In this document: positions 30,674 through 41,344 of the stretch, piece after piece
Layout of the letters: each line of letters starts with the position of its first letter
How positions within the stretch are numbered: position 1 is the first letter of the stretch
NCBI GenBank assembly: GCA_049320885.1
Contig: JBMORA010000029.1
Span: forward strand, 32,001-96,000
Length of the DNA: 64,000 nucleotides
Reading direction: 5' to 3'
From: Thermodesulfobacteriota bacterium
Lineage (GTDB): Bacteria; Desulfobacterota; Desulfobacteria; Desulfobacterales; SURF-7
The notes under the pieces: generated by a model
What the model saw: only the letters and a program-made list of their open reading frames with translations
What the model was told of the DNA's origin: nothing
Databases searched by the model: none
Made by a program: the position numbers and the translations under genes

Positions 30674-31570
30674 ATGTTGAAAAGTATACGCCAAACCAAT
30701 TTCGATGGGTTGGATCTGGTTAAAAGAGGAAAAGTGAGGGATGTCTATGATCTGGGGGACAGTCTGCTCATGGTGGCCACCGATCGGATATCGGCATTCG
30801 ACGTTGTCATGCCCGATCCGGTACCGGACAAGGGAATCATCCTGACGCAGATTTCCCTGTTCTGGTTTGACATGATGAAGCCGCTGGTGGATCATCATGT
30901 CATTACAGCCGATGTCAACGAATATCCCTCCCAATGCAAGCCTTACGCAGACATTCTGAAAGGCCGCAGCATGCTGGTTGCCAAGGCGGAACCCCTGTCC
31001 ATCGAATGTGTCGTCAGGGGCTATCTTTCGGGATCAGGATGGAAATCCTATCAGGAGACCCAATCCGTGTGCGGCATCAAACTGCCCAAGGGATTGCGTG
31101 AGTCGGACAAATTGCCCCAGCCGATTTTCACTCCATCGACAAAAGCGGATATGGGGGAACATGATATCAATATCGATTTTGAGGAAGCCGCCAGTCGGGT
31201 TGGTCTGGAAAGAGCCAGCCAGGTAGCGTCCCTGAGTCTGGACATCTACCGCAAAGGTGTTGAATACGCGGCCACCAAGGGCATCCTGATCGCGGATACG
31301 AAATTCGAATTCGGAATCGTCGATGACCGGATCATCCTGATCGATGAAATCCTCACCCCGGATTCCTCCCGGTTCTGGCCGAAAGCCGCTTACCAGCCGG
31401 GCGGTCCCCAGAAAAGCTACGACAAACAGTACGTCAGGGATTATCTATTGACCCTTGACTGGGACAAAACCCCGCCTGGTCCCGAACTTCCTGCGGATGT
31501 GATCGAGCAGACACGGAAAAAATACGTCGAAGCCCTGTCTGCCCTGACCGGCGTGGACTATGGACTATAG
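30674..31570 (+). CDS. purC: SAICAR synthetase
   Basis: [35 protein letters not shown]. Confidence 0.97.
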   Translation: MLKSIRQTNFDGLDLVKRGKVRDVYDLGDSLLMVATDRISAFDVVMPDPVPDKGIILTQISLFWFDMMKPLVDHHVITADVNEYPSQCKPYADILKGRSMLVAKAEPLSIECVVRGYLSGSGWKSYQETQSVCGIKLPKGLRESDKLPQPIFTPSTKADMGEHDINIDFEEAASRVGLERASQVASLSLDIYRKGVEYAATKGILIADTKFEFGIVDDRIILIDEILTPDSSRFWPKAAYQPGGPQKSYDKQYVRDYLLTLDWDKTPPGPELPADVIEQTRKKYVEALSALTGVDYGL

Positions 31571-32528
31571 GACCCATGGAATCCTGCTGGCATCCATCGA
31601 CACAACCGATGAACGATTCCGGATTTCCACTTGCCGGGATTGTCAAGACCTTCTGGAATCAATCGCCATCCTGGGAATCATCCGTCCGCCCTTGCTTCTG
31701 AAAACAAGGGTGGACGGATGTATTGTCGTCAGCGGCTGGAGACGCATCGAGGCCTGTAAACAGCTGGGGCATTTCCGCATGGAGGCCAGAATCCTGCCGG
31801 CGGAAACTCCGGCCTTTGAATGTGCGAAGCTGGCCGTGGCGGAAAATTCGCTCCAGCGCCCCTTGAATACCCTGGAACAGTCCCATGCATTCCGAATCCT
31901 GGCGTCGCATGTGAATGATCCGGAAGAACGTTTTCGGTTGTATCGTTTATTGCGTCTTCCCCACCACCCATCCATGGTCGCGAAAATCCAAACCGTCTGT
32001 GATTTTCCGGCCAGCATTCAGGCCTTGTTACTCGACGGGACCATTCAGCTGCCCATCGCCCTGGCGCTGGCGGAAATGCCCGGGGAGGACGCGATTTTTT
32101 TTGCCGGCCTGTTCAGCGATCTTAAAATCGGCCTGAACAAACAAAGGGAAATCCTGTTGAACGCCACGGAAATCGCCATGCGGGAGGACATCCGGATAGG
32201 GGAAATTTTCCATGAAAATCCCATCCGGGAGCTCATCGACGCCCCGGATCTCGATCTTCCCCAAAAAACCGAAAAAATCAGGAGCGCCCTGAGGAAGAGA
32301 CGCTTTCCGAACATCGCCGCCGCGGAAGAGGTATTCGAAAATTCCGTGCGGGAACTGCCGTTGCGGAATTCCATCGGCCTGACGCCACCGCGTCATTTCG
32401 AGGGAATGACCTATACGATGGAACTGCGGTTCAATGACCTTGAAGAATTCAGGGAACGCGCGGAAAGGGTAACCGAAATGGTGGATCATCCGGCCCTGAA
32501 AAAAATTCTCGGGAACAAAAACGGGTGA
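31560..32528 (+). CDS. ParB/Srx N-terminal (CTPase-like) domain protein
   Basis: [19 protein letters not shown] (GxRR), [10 protein letters not shown]. Confidence 0.8.
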   Translation: MDYRTHGILLASIDTTDERFRISTCRDCQDLLESIAILGIIRPPLLLKTRVDGCIVVSGWRRIEACKQLGHFRMEARILPAETPAFECAKLAVAENSLQRPLNTLEQSHAFRILASHVNDPEERFRLYRLLRLPHHPSMVAKIQTVCDFPASIQALLLDGTIQLPIALALAEMPGEDAIFFAGLFSDLKIGLNKQREILLNATEIAMREDIRIGEIFHENPIRELIDAPDLDLPQKTEKIRSALRKRRFPNIAAAEEVFENSVRELPLRNSIGLTPPRHFEGMTYTMELRFNDLEEFRERAERVTEMVDHPALKKILGNKNG

Positions 32529-32535
32529 ACCGCGA

Positions 32536-33639
32536 ATGATATCCAGACTCTATATTGATCGAGCCGTGGAAGGTCATCCGCTCGTCAAGCGAATCCAGGA
32601 GCGCTTCAAGGCGGTTCCGCATACCCTGGTTGACGACAGCCGGAAGCTCTACCAGGAAGTCGACCGGACGGACGATCCCATCCAAAGCGGAAAAGAACTC
32701 CTGTTCCTCACGGAAAACAAGGGGCCGTTCTTGAAGAAATGTCCCGGAACGCGCTCCTACCGTTGTTGCGACTATACCATTCTTCATATCGCTTCCTTCT
32801 GCACCATGGATTGCGCCTACTGCATCCTCCAAATCTATTTTCATCCGGCGGTGCTGCAATTTTTCGTGAATCACGAAAAACTAATGACCGAACTGGACGC
32901 GGTGTTCGCCTCCGGGGTGGTTACCCGCATCGGAACCGGTGAATTCACCGACAGCCTGATCTGGGAATCGCTTTGCGATCTCACCCCCCGGCTGGTGTCG
33001 CGTTTTGCCGCCCAAAACAGCTGCATATTGGAATTGAAGACCAAAACCACGGCCATCGGGAACCTAAAAAACCTGGCGCACAACCGCAAAACCATTCTCT
33101 CCTGGTCCCTGAACACGGAACGGGTCATCCGCACGGAGGAACGCCGGACCACCCCCCTGAAGGCGCGCCTGAAGGCAGCCGAGGCCTGTCAACAATGGGG
33201 TTACCCATTGTCGTTTCATTTTGATCCGCTGGTTATCTACGATCACTGCGAGGACGAATACCGGGAAGTCATCGCCGCTTTGTTCGATCGAATCTCGCCC
33301 GATAATATCGTCTGGATCAGCCTGGGCAGTTTCCGCTTCATGCCCGAATTGAAGCCGCTGGTTCAACGGCGGTTTCCCCATTCCCGGATCGTTTACGGCG
33401 AGTTCATTCCCGGCCTTGACGGGAAAATGCGCTATTTCAAACCGATGCGGATAGCTCTTTACAAAGAGATCCTTCACGCCATTCGGTCGAAGGCGCCGGA
33501 AGTGACGGTCTATTTCTGCATGGAAGATGATGACGTCTGGCTTCAATGCCTGGGATTTGTTCCCGCCGACAGGGGCGGCCTTCCTGGCATGCTTGATGAG
33601 AGCGCCGTCCGTCATTGCGGCGTGCGACCGGGAGGCTGA
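32536..33639 (+). CDS. Spore photoproduct lyase (SplB)-like radical SAM protein
   Basis: CTMDCAYC cluster motif followed by ILQ; ELKTK, SWSLN, RLKAA, HFDP. Confidence 0.82.
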   Translation: MISRLYIDRAVEGHPLVKRIQERFKAVPHTLVDDSRKLYQEVDRTDDPIQSGKELLFLTENKGPFLKKCPGTRSYRCCDYTILHIASFCTMDCAYCILQIYFHPAVLQFFVNHEKLMTELDAVFASGVVTRIGTGEFTDSLIWESLCDLTPRLVSRFAAQNSCILELKTKTTAIGNLKNLAHNRKTILSWSLNTERVIRTEERRTTPLKARLKAAEACQQWGYPLSFHFDPLVIYDHCEDEYREVIAALFDRISPDNIVWISLGSFRFMPELKPLVQRRFPHSRIVYGEFIPGLDGKMRYFKPMRIALYKEILHAIRSKAPEVTVYFCMEDDDVWLQCLGFVPADRGGLPGMLDESAVRHCGVRPGG

Positions 33640-33671
33640 GGGGGCGGCCTTCTCACGTGGGGGGAAAATAA

Positions 33672-33702
33672 GAAGGCCGGGGTCGCGCTCTCCCCGGCCT
33701 TC
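33672..33702 (-). terminator. Intrinsic terminator between convergent splB-like and EF-G genes
   Basis: 11-bp stem GAAGGCCGGGG/CCCCGGCCTTC, followed by TTATTTT on the minus strand. Confidence 0.7.
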
Positions 33703-33725
33703 CTGGACGATTATTTTGGGGGCGA

Positions 33726-35816
33726 TTATTTTTCCTGTTCTTTTTCCGTGTTCAACGTCTCGATCAATTTTTCCGCCAGTTGCGACGGGACTTCTTCATA
33801 ATGGGAAAATTCCATGGTAAAGACACCGCGTCCGCCGGTCATGGAGTTCAAATCCGGCGCGTAGGTGAGGAATTCCGCCATGGGGACTTCCGCTTTGATG
33901 ATCTGGTATTTTCCTTCGTTGTCCATGCCGAGAACGCGGCCGCGTCTTGAATTCATGTCACCCATGATATCTCCCATGAATTCATCCGGTGTTTTAACGG
34001 CCACTTTCATGATCGGTTCCAGCATGACCGCTTTTGCTTCCGCCGCCGCCTTGCGAAATGCCAGGGAGCCGGCGATTTTAAAGGCCATTTCGGATGAGTC
34101 CACTGCATGGTAGGAACCATCGTCCAGCGTCGCCCGGAAATCGACACATGGGAAACCGGCTAAAACACCTCTTTTCGCGGATTCAATGATACCTTTTTCC
34201 ACCGCTGGAATATAGGTTTTGGGAATCACGCCGCCGACCACCGCATCAACGAATTCAAAACCAGATCCCCTTGGGAGCGGCTCGATCTGCACCCAACAAT
34301 CGCCGAACTGGCCATGGCCGCCGGTTTGTTTTTTATGTCTTCCCTGAACCCGCACTTTTTTCTTGATGGTTTCCCGGTATGGAACTTTCGGGGTTTTCAG
34401 TACCGCTTCGACATTGAATTTCCGCTTCAGTTTTTCGACGATGGTTTCAATATGCACCTGTCCGAGACCGGACACGAGGATTTCCTTTGTTTCCGCATTC
34501 CGGTCAAGCCGCAGGGCGGAGTCTTCCTCCATCAGTTTGTTCAGCGAGCTGAAAATCTTGTCTTCATCACCTTTGGATTTGGCTTCAATGGCAAAGGAAA
34601 TCAGAATGGGCATCGGTTCGGCGCAGATAAAGCGCAGTTTGCTGCTTTCGTCGCACAGGGTGTCGCCCGTGGTGGTTTCCTTCAGTTTGGCCACGGCCAC
34701 GATGGAGCCTGGAACCGCTTGAGACGCGGGCTTCTGTTCCTTCCCGCCAATGGTCAACAGTTGATTGAAACGCTCTTTCACATCCTTGTTGGTATTGAAA
34801 AAATTGCCGTCCGATCCCAGGGAGCCGGACACGACACGAAAAATGGACAACCTTCCGGCATAGGGATCCGCGATGGTTTTAAAAACAAAGCCGGCAAAGG
34901 GGGCGGCGGGATCGGGTTCGCGGATGATTTCATTTTCGCCCTTGGCGTCCGTCGCACGCCAGCCTTTCCGGTCAAGAGGGGAGGGGAAACAGTTGACGAT
35001 AAAGTCCGAGAGCAGGTTGATGCCGATATTCCGGGTAGCGCAACCGCATAGAACCGGCACGAAATTCCGGTTGCGGGTGCCTTTTTGGAGAGCACTCTTG
35101 ATTTCCTCGTCCGTCAGGGAGCCCCCTTCCAGATATTTTTCAATCAGGGAATCATCCGCTTCCGCCACGTTTTCAATCAGGAGTTCCCGCTCGGTTTCCG
35201 CTTGTTCCTTCATGTCCGCGGGTATGTCGCCGACCGTGGCCTTGCCGTTTTCATCGTAGGTATAGGCTTTCATGGTGACCAGATCGATGATACCCTGGAA
35301 ATCGGCTTCTTGGCCAATGGGAAGATGAACAGCGATCGGTTTAGGCTGCAGGGAGTTCGCCACTTCCTGGAAGGTGCGCTGAAAGTCAGCGCGTTCCCGA
35401 TCCAGTTTGTTGATCAGGATGGCGCTGGAAAGTCCGAATTCCTCCGCGAATGTCCAGGCCTGTTCGGTCTGCACCTTGAAACCGTCAACGGCGTCTATGA
35501 CCACCAGGGCCGCGTCGGCAGCCTGCATGCAGTTTTTCGTATCGGAAAAGAAATTCTGGTCGCCGGGAGTGTCGATGATCGAGATGGTATTTTTTTTCCA
35601 CGGATATTGATGAAAACCGCTGCTGATACTGGATCTTCTTTTCAATTCCTCCGGTTCGAAATCCATGACGGTATTGCCGTCTTCCACTCTTCCAAGTCGC
35701 GTTGTAACGCCGGCATCGTGGAGCATCACTTCCGCCAGGGAAGTTTTGCCGGCTCCGGTATGGCCAACGATCACGACATTTCTGAGTTTTTCCGCAATCT
35801 CCTTTATTTCCTTCAT
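33726..35816 (-). CDS. fusA: Elongation factor G paralog (EF-G2 type)
   Basis: Full five-domain EF-G; divergent G motifs (GHTGAGKT, DTPGDQ, NKLD); not in the str operon. Confidence 0.9.
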   Translation of the reverse strand: MKEIKEIAEKLRNVVIVGHTGAGKTSLAEVMLHDAGVTTRLGRVEDGNTVMDFEPEELKRRSSISSGFHQYPWKKNTISIIDTPGDQNFFSDTKNCMQAADAALVVIDAVDGFKVQTEQAWTFAEEFGLSSAILINKLDRERADFQRTFQEVANSLQPKPIAVHLPIGQEADFQGIIDLVTMKAYTYDENGKATVGDIPADMKEQAETERELLIENVAEADDSLIEKYLEGGSLTDEEIKSALQKGTRNRNFVPVLCGCATRNIGINLLSDFIVNCFPSPLDRKGWRATDAKGENEIIREPDPAAPFAGFVFKTIADPYAGRLSIFRVVSGSLGSDGNFFNTNKDVKERFNQLLTIGGKEQKPASQAVPGSIVAVAKLKETTTGDTLCDESSKLRFICAEPMPILISFAIEAKSKGDEDKIFSSLNKLMEEDSALRLDRNAETKEILVSGLGQVHIETIVEKLKRKFNVEAVLKTPKVPYRETIKKKVRVQGRHKKQTGGHGQFGDCWVQIEPLPRGSGFEFVDAVVGGVIPKTYIPAVEKGIIESAKRGVLAGFPCVDFRATLDDGSYHAVDSSEMAFKIAGSLAFRKAAAEAKAVMLEPIMKVAVKTPDEFMGDIMGDMNSRRGRVLGMDNEGKYQIIKAEVPMAEFLTYAPDLNSMTGGRGVFTMEFSHYEEVPSQLAEKLIETLNTEKEQEK

Positions 35817-35923
35817 TTGGGCTCCTCTCCACAGATTAGAATTTCGAAGGCAAACAATCAGAAATCCTTATATTGTAAGGTGTAAAAAAGCAAGCGTAAA
35901 AAAACCGGTTCAAAAGCGCCGGC

Positions 35924-36694
35924 CTACGGGAGGCCCGGCCCGCAATCCCCTTTCAACACCAGTGGCAGCAAAAACTCCCGGTTGCCTTTCGGACCGGTGA
36001 TGGGGGAGGGGATGACTTCGCCCGAATCCAGACCGATTCCGGCGCAGAACGATACAATGTCGGCGATCACGGCCTCCTGCAGAACCGGGTCCCGGACCAC
36101 GCCGCCTTTGCCGATCTTGTTCTTCCCCACCTCGAACTGGGGCTTTATCAAAGCGATGATCCGGCCGCTATCCGGCCGCAGGAATCGCACCGCGCAGGGA
36201 ATGACGATCTTAAGGGAAATGAAGGAAACATCAATGACCGCGATATCAACGATTTCCGTGATGGACTCCGGCGGCAGGGCGCGGATGTTGGTTCGCTCCA
36301 TGATGACGACCCGCGGGTCCTGCCGCAATTTCCATGCAAGCTGGCCGTATCCGACATCAACGGCAAATACCCTGCGGGCGCCGGATTGCAGCAGGCAGTC
36401 CGTAAAACCGCCAGTGGAAGCGCCGATGTCCATACAGACCTTGTCGCGGACATCGAGATGGAGCTGCCGGATGGCGGCTTCCAGCTTCAGCCCCCCGCGG
36501 CTCACATAGGGCAGATCTTCCTTGACGATCAGGGTGTCATCCGGTGAAACGCGGGTTCCGGGTTTGTTCACGGGTTGATCGTTGACCAGGATCTTGCCTT
36601 CCATGATCAAGGCCCTGGCGCGTTCCCGGCTTTGGGTCAAGCCTTTTTCGCACAGCAGGATGTCCAGACGTTGGCGATTTCCAGCAGCATTCAT
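35924..36694 (-). CDS. tlyA: TlyA-family rRNA 2'-O-methyltransferase
   Basis: S4 domain RLD, YVSRGGLKL, DIGASTGGFTD, KPQFE; ATGA overlap with dxs. Confidence 0.95.
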   Translation of the reverse strand: MNAAGNRQRLDILLCEKGLTQSRERARALIMEGKILVNDQPVNKPGTRVSPDDTLIVKEDLPYVSRGGLKLEAAIRQLHLDVRDKVCMDIGASTGGFTDCLLQSGARRVFAVDVGYGQLAWKLRQDPRVVIMERTNIRALPPESITEIVDIAVIDVSFISLKIVIPCAVRFLRPDSGRIIALIKPQFEVGKNKIGKGGVVRDPVLQEAVIADIVSFCAGIGLDSGEVIPSPITGPKGNREFLLPLVLKGDCGPGLP

Positions 36695-38571
36695 CGTCGC
36701 AGGATTTTTTTTCCTCGCTCTGTAATGGCCGTTGCGTCGATGCCGTATTTGGACCGCAGCAGCTGTTGCGGACCATGCTCGACGAATTGATCCGGTATGC
36801 CCATCCGTTCCAGATGAACATTCTGGACGCCCGCATCGTTCAGACATTCCAAGACGGCGCTGCCGAACCCTCCCTGGCGCACGTTCTCTTCAATGGTGAT
36901 GACGCGGGGGATCCGGCGCACCAGCGAGACAACCAACTCCTCATCCATGGGTTTGACAAATCGGCAGTTCACCACGGTGGCCGCGATTCCGGACTCCAGG
37001 AGATTCTTATGCGCTTCCAGGGCCTCGCAGACGCATCGGCCGATGGCCAGGATCAAGAGATCGTCGCCCCGGGTCAGAACCTCGCCTTTTCCGATGGGGA
37101 GTGGCTGGATGACCGGATCCAATCGGACCCCGGTTCCCTTGCCCCGGGGATAACGGAAGGCAATGGGTCCGTCATGCAATAAGGCGGTCAACAGCATCCT
37201 GCGGAGTTCGTTTTCATCCATGGGAGCCATGACGACCATGTTGGGCAGACTGCGCAGGAAAGCATAGTCGAACAGGCCATGATGGGTGGGGCCGTCTTCA
37301 CCGACAATTCCACCCCGGTCGATGGCGAAGATCACATGGTTTTTTTCAATACAGACATCGTGCAGGATCTGGTCATAGCCGCGCTGTAAGAAAGTGGAAT
37401 AAATGGCCACAACCGGCTTAAACCCTTCGGTGGCCATCCCAGCCGCAAAAGTGACCCCGTGCTGTTCCGCAATCCCGACATCGTAGAAACGCTCGTGGAA
37501 CCGTTTTGAAAATTCCAGCAGACCGGTCCCTTCCGGCATGGCCGCCGTGACCGCGATGATGGTCGGATCCGTTTCCGCGAGTTCGACCATGGAGCGGCCG
37601 AAAACATCCGTGTACGTCGGAGTGGAAGGATCGGTGCTTCTGCATTTGCCGGTCTCGATTTCAAAACTGCCGACCCCGTGAAAATAAACGGGATTCTGTT
37701 CGGCCGGCGGATATCCCTTCCCTTTCTGGGTGGTGACGTGCAGCAGCACCGGTTCGTTCAAGGATTTTATATTATTCAGAATATCGATCAGATGGTTCAG
37801 CCGGTGACCATTGATGGGGCCGAAATACTCAAAATTAAAGGCCTCAAACAGCATTCCCGGTGTCACAAATGTTTTAAAAGACTCTTCCGACCGTTTGGCG
37901 AACTGGTACACATCATCGCCGATTTTTGGCAGCGATTTCAGAAATTCCCCGAATTCCCTGCGCCATTCCTGAAGATATTTGGAGGACAGCTTGCGGCTCA
38001 GGAAAGACGACAAGGCCCCGACATTCTGGGCGATGGACATATCGTTGTCATTCAAAATGACGATCAAGTCCTTGTCTTTATGGGTGTCGCCGGCCTGATT
38101 GAGACCCTCATAGGCGATGCCGGCGGTCATGGAACCGTCGCCGATCACGGCGATGACCTTGCGGTTCTCTTTTTTCAAGCGCTTGGCGCAGGCGATCCCG
38201 AGTCCGGCGGAGATGGAGGTGCTGCTGTGTCCGGTGGTAAACGCATCATACGCGCTCTCGCTCATCCGGGTGAACCCGGAAATGCCTCCATGTTTCCTGA
38301 GGGTTTGGAACTGGTCTCTTCTTCCGGTAAGCAGTTTATGGGCATAAGCCTGGTGGCCCACATCCCAAATGACTTTGTCGTTCGGAATATCGAATACATA
38401 ATGGATGGCAACGGCCAATTCCACCGCCCCGAGACTGGAAGCCAGATGACCGCCGTTTGTGGAAACCACATCGACAATGACTTGCCGGATTTCGGCCGCC
38501 AGTTTTTTCAGGTCGGCGATGGCAAGCTGTTTCAGATCCTGGGGAGAATGGATACGGTCAAGCACTTCCAT
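36691..38571 (-). CDS. dxs: 1-deoxy-D-xylulose-5-phosphate synthase
   Basis: GGHLASSLG, WDVGHQAY, GDG..NDN, GIAEQH, DGPTH. Confidence 0.97.
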   Translation of the reverse strand: MEVLDRIHSPQDLKQLAIADLKKLAAEIRQVIVDVVSTNGGHLASSLGAVELAVAIHYVFDIPNDKVIWDVGHQAYAHKLLTGRRDQFQTLRKHGGISGFTRMSESAYDAFTTGHSSTSISAGLGIACAKRLKKENRKVIAVIGDGSMTAGIAYEGLNQAGDTHKDKDLIVILNDNDMSIAQNVGALSSFLSRKLSSKYLQEWRREFGEFLKSLPKIGDDVYQFAKRSEESFKTFVTPGMLFEAFNFEYFGPINGHRLNHLIDILNNIKSLNEPVLLHVTTQKGKGYPPAEQNPVYFHGVGSFEIETGKCRSTDPSTPTYTDVFGRSMVELAETDPTIIAVTAAMPEGTGLLEFSKRFHERFYDVGIAEQHGVTFAAGMATEGFKPVVAIYSTFLQRGYDQILHDVCIEKNHVIFAIDRGGIVGEDGPTHHGLFDYAFLRSLPNMVVMAPMDENELRRMLLTALLHDGPIAFRYPRGKGTGVRLDPVIQPLPIGKGEVLTRGDDLLILAIGRCVCEALEAHKNLLESGIAATVVNCRFVKPMDEELVVSLVRRIPRVITIEENVRQGGFGSAVLECLNDAGVQNVHLERMGIPDQFVEHGPQQLLRSKYGIDATAITERGKKILRR

Positions 38572-38634
38572 TATTGAACGGTTCTTTCTGTTTTCATGTT
38601 GGATATCGGATTCATGCCACACTCGCTCGTCGGC

Positions 38635-39534
38635 TCACTGTTGTCTCCGGATGATGTAGGTCGCCAATTCGCGCAGGGGCCGGGCTTTTTCATCGAAAGA
38701 CGCGACGGCGTCCAGGGCTTTTTCAACGGCGCACCGGGAAAGTTCCTTGGATCGCTGGATTCCCAGAAGGGAAGGGTAGGTGGATTTGCGCCGGTTTTCA
38801 TCCGTGCCCACCGCCTTGCCCAGGATGTCCGGATCCCCTTCCACATTCAAAATGTCATCCGTTACCTGGAAGGCGAGACCAATGTTTCGTGCGTATTGAC
38901 GTAGGTTTTCCATTCGGGATGTATCGGCGCCGGCAAGCAGTCCGCCGGTGCAGACCGATGCTTCGATCAGGGCTCCGGTCTTGGCGCGGTGCATGGCTTC
39001 CAGCTCCTCCAGTGTCAGGCCGGCCCCTTCGGCCAGGATATCCGTCATCTGGCCGGCGATCATCCCCTGATGTCCGGCGGCAACACTGATGCCATGGATG
39101 ATGCGCAGATACTCCCGGGGGCTGATTGCTTCCGGCCATCGATCCATATCGGACAGAATCTCAAAGGCAAGGGTCAGCAATGCGTCGCCGGCCAGGATGG
39201 CCGTGGCTTCATCAAAGGCCACGTGACAGGTCGGTTTTCCCCTGCGGAGGTCATCGTTATCCATGGCAGGAAGATCGTCATGAACCAGGGAATAAGTATG
39301 GATCATTTCCAGGGCGCAGGCCGCCGGCAAGGCGCTTATTTCAGAACCGCCCATGGATTCCGCCGCCGCAATGCAGAGAATCGGCCGCAGCCGTTTGCCT
39401 CCGGCCAGGAGGGAATGACGCATGGCGTCTGCAATCCTGGCATTCCCCTTGATTCCATTCAGAAACCGAAGGAGACAGCTATCCACCGTGTCTTTTTTTT
39501 TCGCCAGATACTTCTGGATGTCGAATGAGTTCAA
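38635..39534 (-). CDS. ispA: Farnesyl/geranyl diphosphate synthase
   Basis: GGKRLRP, HDDLPAMD..RRG, FQVTDD. Confidence 0.95.
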   Translation of the reverse strand: MNSFDIQKYLAKKKDTVDSCLLRFLNGIKGNARIADAMRHSLLAGGKRLRPILCIAAAESMGGSEISALPAACALEMIHTYSLVHDDLPAMDNDDLRRGKPTCHVAFDEATAILAGDALLTLAFEILSDMDRWPEAISPREYLRIIHGISVAAGHQGMIAGQMTDILAEGAGLTLEELEAMHRAKTGALIEASVCTGGLLAGADTSRMENLRQYARNIGLAFQVTDDILNVEGDPDILGKAVGTDENRRKSTYPSLLGIQRSKELSRCAVEKALDAVASFDEKARPLRELATYIIRRQQ

Positions 39535-39549
39535 AAACGGGTTTCCTGT

Positions 39550-39807
39550 TTACAATTCCGGGTCGTCCCCACCGGACGGGTTTGGGCCCTGGGAAAAAGG
39601 AACTTCCCGGACGGTTCCATCCTGATTTTTCAGCAACAGCAGAATCCGCTGTTCGGTTTCATCGAGTTTTTCCGCGCAGAATTTGGACAATGCCATGCCG
39701 TCTTCAAATTTCTTCAAGGCTTTTTCAATGGGCAGATCGCCTTTTTCCATTTCGTTGACGATCTGTTCCAGTTGTTGCAGCGCTTGTTCAAATGTTTTTT
39801 TCATCAT
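39550..39807 (-). CDS. xseB: Exodeoxyribonuclease VII small subunit
   Basis: TFEQALQQLEQIV..LPIEKALKKFEDG; lies between xseA and ispA. Confidence 0.93.
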   Translation of the reverse strand: MMKKTFEQALQQLEQIVNEMEKGDLPIEKALKKFEDGMALSKFCAEKLDETEQRILLLLKNQDGTVREVPFSQGPNPSGGDDPEL

Positions 39808-41185
39808 GTAACAATATATCCTTCACCCGGCAGGTAATGGCTCCTTTTGCGAGCAAAATCTCCAATTCCTGGTCATTGCGGACATCCGCCGAACTGCGTA
39901 CCACGCGTTTTTGCGGCACTGTCCGGGTGATGCTGTACCCCCGCTGTAAAATGGACCTGGGATTGAGGACCTGAAGCTTGCCTTCAAGGGCCTGGAGCTC
40001 CATGGTTTTTAAATAAAATTCTTCTAATATGTATTTTTGGATAGTTATATTATATTGTTCAAGTACGACTTTCAATTGATCGACCTGTTTCCGGGGGGAA
40101 CAGGCCACCAGACGATGGGCCAGGAATCCAACGAGCCGTTGCTGTTGCTGCAAAAGCGTCTCCATGGAGCGTTGCAGCCGGGCAGTCACGTCGTCCAGCC
40201 GGATTCTGAAATCTTCGATCCGTTTCCCGGGATTCCGCAATCGCCTTTCCAGTTGCGCCAGTTGTTGTCGCCAACGGCCCATCTGCTGAGCCATGCTGTT
40301 TTTCAGACGAAGGGCCAGGGAGCCGTACTGACGAAGCAGAACGGATTGGTCGGGCGAAACGAGTTCAGCCGCGGCCGATGGTGTCGGCGCCCGCAAGTCA
40401 GCGACAAAATCCGCAATGGTAAAATCGGTTTCATGACCGATGGCGGAAACAACAGGAATTTCAGAGGAAAAAATAGCTCTGGCCACTTCTTCGGAATTGA
40501 AAGCCTGGAGGTCTTCCAGGGAACCGCCACCCCGGGCCAGGATCAGCACATCGGCTGGATCCGGCATCTGGTTCACCAGGCGAATGGCTTCCGTTATCTG
40601 CCTGACCGCATCATTGCCCTGAACCGCGACCGGGGCAATTACCAGGGGGATTCCCGGAAACCGCCGTTGGATGATCCGGATGATGTCATGGATCACGGCG
40701 CCGGTGGAGGAGGTCACCACGGCGATTTTCTCCGGCAGGAACGGAATGGGTTTTTTGCGGTCCGCATCAAAAATCCCCTCCTGGGAAAGCCTGGTCTTGA
40801 GTTGCTCAAAGGCCACCTGGAGGGCGCCGACGCCTTTGGGTTCCATGTGTTCCAGGATGATCTGATAGGTTCCCCGGGGTTCATATATGCTGATGCGGCC
40901 GATGCCGGTAATCTGCATGCCATCTTCGGGCGAAAAGACCAATCGCCGGTTCTGACCCCGGAACATGACCGCCTGGATCTGGGCCGATGGATCTTTCAGG
41001 GCAAAATAATAATGGCCGGAAGCTGGTTGGCTAAAATTGGATATTTCGCCAGTAATCCAAACCATTGGATAAGTTTCCTCAAGCAACGATTTAATTTCAG
41101 CGGTCAGTTGGGATACTGTGTAGATAGGACGATGCACGTATGCTGTCTTTTTTTCAAGATCGTTATTCTTGGTATAGGCCATCAT
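39788..41185 (-). CDS. xseA: Exodeoxyribonuclease VII large subunit
   Basis: GEISN..SGHYYF, RGGGSLEDL, GHETD, APTPSAAAE. Confidence 0.96.
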   Translation of the reverse strand: MMAYTKNNDLEKKTAYVHRPIYTVSQLTAEIKSLLEETYPMVWITGEISNFSQPASGHYYFALKDPSAQIQAVMFRGQNRRLVFSPEDGMQITGIGRISIYEPRGTYQIILEHMEPKGVGALQVAFEQLKTRLSQEGIFDADRKKPIPFLPEKIAVVTSSTGAVIHDIIRIIQRRFPGIPLVIAPVAVQGNDAVRQITEAIRLVNQMPDPADVLILARGGGSLEDLQAFNSEEVARAIFSSEIPVVSAIGHETDFTIADFVADLRAPTPSAAAELVSPDQSVLLRQYGSLALRLKNSMAQQMGRWRQQLAQLERRLRNPGKRIEDFRIRLDDVTARLQRSMETLLQQQQRLVGFLAHRLVACSPRKQVDQLKVVLEQYNITIQKYILEEFYLKTMELQALEGKLQVLNPRSILQRGYSITRTVPQKRVVRSSADVRNDQELEILLAKGAITCRVKDILLHDEKNI

Positions 41186-41344
41186 GAAAACCGACTGTAT
41201 CTAGCACAGTTCATCGCTGTGTTCAACCGCAATCTGACCGATTATCCGCCATCCAGATTGCGTCTGATAAGATATATTATGTAAACTTTTAAAAAAGGAT
41301 TTCCTAAATCGGTTCCCATCCGGAAACGGATTGGCCGGATGGCC

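Noticed and set aside
33649..33664. CACGTG core just downstream of the ParB/SplB-like pair as a possible parS site
   Set aside because: The flanks do not match the TGTTTCACGTGAAACA palindrome.
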